NCBI GenBank assembly: GCA_014360805.1
Contig: JACIWU010000005.1
Coordinates: 1,206 to 65,205 of the forward strand
Reading direction: 5' to 3'
DNA: 64,000 nt
From: Chloroflexota bacterium
GTDB lineage: Bacteria > Chloroflexota > Anaerolineae > DTLA01
The notes under the pieces are model-generated. The model was not told where the DNA came from. It worked only from the letters and a program-made list of their open reading frames with translations, and did no database searches. Of the stretch, positions 61,984 through 64,000 are shown piece by piece. How positions within the stretch are numbered: the first letter of the stretch is position 1; each line of letters starts with the position of its first letter. Position numbers and translations under genes: made by a program.

Positions 61984-62823
61984 TCATCGCAGTCGGGCGA
62001 TGGCCGCGCCCACGCCCAGCACCAGGTATAGCCCCACGGCCAGCAACTCATAGGGCGACAGAAGCGCCCGAAAGTCCCGCGCCAGCAGCGCGATGCTGAC
62101 CAACGGCAGCAACGCCCCGATGACCATTGCCGCGCCCGTTACTGCCCACAGTTGGCGTCCCCGCCGGCGGCGCACCGCCCGAAAGATGATTTCGCCCAGC
62201 AACCCGCCCGCGGCAGGGCCGATGAAGAGCATGAAGAACCAGCCCACCAGCGAAGCCAGCAAACCTACCCCCGCGGAAAAGATCAGCGCCACGACCGCGG
62301 CGACAACATAGTCGGTCCAAACCGCGTTGTAGAATACGGCGCTCTGGGCGCGGACGCAGTCGGGACACCGAAACCCCACGGGCGTCTGGATGGCGCAGCG
62401 TGGGCAGATGGGCGTGCCGCACCGATTGCAGCGCAGCGTGGTTTCCACGTCGGGGTGGCGCGCGCAATGCAGAATCTCCTCGGTTTCGGCGACGGCGCTC
62501 TCGGGTGCGGGGGCCAGCCTGGACGGGGGCTTGTACGCCTCGGGCACCTGTCCCCGGGCGATCAACTCGGCTTCGTGGCGCCGCACCCAGGCCAGGGCCG
62601 CTTTCACCTCCTCGTTGGCAGGGTCCAACGCAGCGGCGCGCTCCAGGCAGCGGCGCTTCTCGCCCATGTCGTGCGTTACGCCGCTGAGTTCCAACCACAC
62701 GTCGGCACGGTCGGGCGCGATCTCGGAAGCGCGGCGGAACAACGACTCCGCCACCGCATCCTCGCCCGCGCGGTGCGCCGCCCGTCCCTGCTGCAACAGT
62801 TCCCGAACCTCGTCCGCGGTCAT
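61984..62823 (-). CDS. Membrane-anchored protein with an N-terminal TPR-like region and a B-box/zinc-ribbon (C-x2-H ... C-x2-C ... C-x2-C ... C-x2-C), then 3-4 TM helices
   Basis: HCARHPDVETTLRCNRCGTPICPRCAIQTPVGFRCPDCV, followed by hydrophobic segments. Confidence 0.5.
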   Translation of the reverse strand: MTADEVRELLQQGRAAHRAGEDAVAESLFRRASEIAPDRADVWLELSGVTHDMGEKRRCLERAAALDPANEEVKAALAWVRRHEAELIARGQVPEAYKPPSRLAPAPESAVAETEEILHCARHPDVETTLRCNRCGTPICPRCAIQTPVGFRCPDCVRAQSAVFYNAVWTDYVVAAVVALIFSAGVGLLASLVGWFFMLFIGPAAGGLLGEIIFRAVRRRRGRQLWAVTGAAMVIGALLPLVSIALLARDFRALLSPYELLAVGLYLVLGVGAAIARLR

Positions 62824-63689
62824 TCTCCCGTCTCTTCGCCGTGGTTGATGGTGAGCCGCTTCATCAGGCTGCGATAGAAATACGTGCGCTCGCGGGTGCG
62901 GATGAAACGGGCCACGTGCGCGCTCGCCGTTACGCGGACGTTGTCGCCGTCCATGACCGCCACCTCAAACTGCCCGTCCACGGTGAGCATGGCCCTGTGG
63001 TCCGTGGAGACCTCAATGCGCACCGAAGCCCCCTGCGACAGGACGATGGCGCGATCCAGGCTCAAGTGCGGGGCGATGGGAATCACCAGGATGTTCTTGA
63101 GTTCGGGCGGGAGGATGGGGCCGCCCACCGCCAGCGCGTAGGCCGTAGAACCCGTGGGCGTGGCCACGATGATGCCGTCGGCCGCGTAGGTGGTCATGTA
63201 CCCGCCGTCAATGTACGTGGCCAGGCGCACGATGCGGGCCAGCGCCCCCCGACTGACGACGACTTCGTTCAGGGCCTCGTAGGAGTTCAGGTGGTTGTCG
63301 CCCCGCAGCACCTCGGCGTGGAGCATCATCCGCTCCTCTATCCAGAAGTTGCCCTCCAGGATCGCGGGAAGCCGCTCGCGCCAGACGGCAGGCTCAAACT
63401 CGGAGAGGAAACCCAGGCGGCCCACCTTCATCGCCAGGATGGGCACGCCCATGCGCGCAGCCATACGCGCCGCCCGCAGGACGGTGCCATCGCCGCCCAG
63501 CGTGAGCAGCAAGTCCAGGTCGCAGACGCGGCTCTTCACCTCGTCCTCGTCCCAGGCCGAACACAGCCAGGGCGACAGGCCCCGCTCGCGCAGGAACGCC
63601 GCGATCTCCTCACCCAGGGGCAGCGAAGCGGGCAGTTTTGGGTGAAAGAGAATGCCTATGCGCTTGAAGGCAACCTTCTCATTGGCCAC
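62820..63689 (-). CDS. nadK: NAD kinase
   Basis: GGDGT motif (LTLGGDGTVLRAARM). NGxxxATPTGSTAYALAVGGPIL. nadK-recN linkage. Confidence 0.9.
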   Translation of the reverse strand: MANEKVAFKRIGILFHPKLPASLPLGEEIAAFLRERGLSPWLCSAWDEDEVKSRVCDLDLLLTLGGDGTVLRAARMAARMGVPILAMKVGRLGFLSEFEPAVWRERLPAILEGNFWIEERMMLHAEVLRGDNHLNSYEALNEVVVSRGALARIVRLATYIDGGYMTTYAADGIIVATPTGSTAYALAVGGPILPPELKNILVIPIAPHLSLDRAIVLSQGASVRIEVSTDHRAMLTVDGQFEVAVMDGDNVRVTASAHVARFIRTRERTYFYRSLMKRLTINHGEETGE

Positions 63690-63833
63690 GTGCGCGGTCT
63701 CGCATTCCTCTCGGATTCACAGGGTCATTATAGCCAAAGGCGGCGCGGGCGCAAGGGACGGGCGCAAACGATAGTGTATACATTTCGGTGGAGACTTACC
63801 AGACCGATGAGCGGCAGCATGAAACGCATAGAG

Positions 63834-63895
63834 CGTAGGGCGGGTTTCCATACCTGCCCCCTCTGCCTTCGGCGGCTATGGAAAGCCGCCCTACG
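63834..63895. repeat. Family A double-hairpin repeat (inverted orientation); a degenerate partial copy follows at about 63915..63960
   Basis: cgtagggcgggtttccatacctgccccctctgccttcggcggctatggaaagccgccctacg. Confidence 0.8.
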
Positions 63896-64000
63896 TGTCT
63901 CGGCATTGCGCCGCCCACCCATGGCGAGCACGGGATCGGTTTCCATGCCTGGCCCCAACATCTGTGGTCTGCGTTACGCAATTCTTACCGAAAAAGACAC

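Overview
This window is high-GC (about 65%), gene-dense, and has Chloroflexota-like gene content. I base that on the 11-subunit nuoA-N operon without nuoEFG, a SpoVS homolog, several Firmicute-like synteny blocks and T-box-like leader features. The left 10 kb is the complete complex I membrane/connecting-arm operon on the minus strand, nuoN to nuoA. The rest is mostly housekeeping: tandem deoxynucleoside kinases, holB-ricT, spoVS, groES-groEL with a perfect CIRCE operator, gyrB, sigA, a GldA/F/G-type ABC export cluster, murA, serS, recA-recX-rny, recN and nadK. Interleaved with these are several accessory islands. One encodes a secreted family GH-A glycoside hydrolase. One is a cell-envelope/glycosylation block with PglC-like and PglD/NeuD-like genes and a secreted 4x-repeat protein. 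One pairs a GT-A glycosyltransferase with glycerate kinase and a solute-binding protein. One pairs an orphan beta-class DNA methyltransferase with a DUF4332 HhH protein and a large HerA/FtsK-superfamily DUF853-like ATPase. I found no rRNA, tRNA, CRISPR array, transposase or integrase. The intergenic space is populated by at least three families of structured palindromic repeats (REP/MITE-like), and several sigma70-type promoters with operator-like palindromes can be read directly. Because GC3 is very high, nearly every real gene is shadowed by a long antisense or out-of-frame ORF in the supplied track; I treated those as artefacts. Many annotated ORFs also carry in-frame N-terminal extensions, so I re-placed start codons using RBS position and family conservation.
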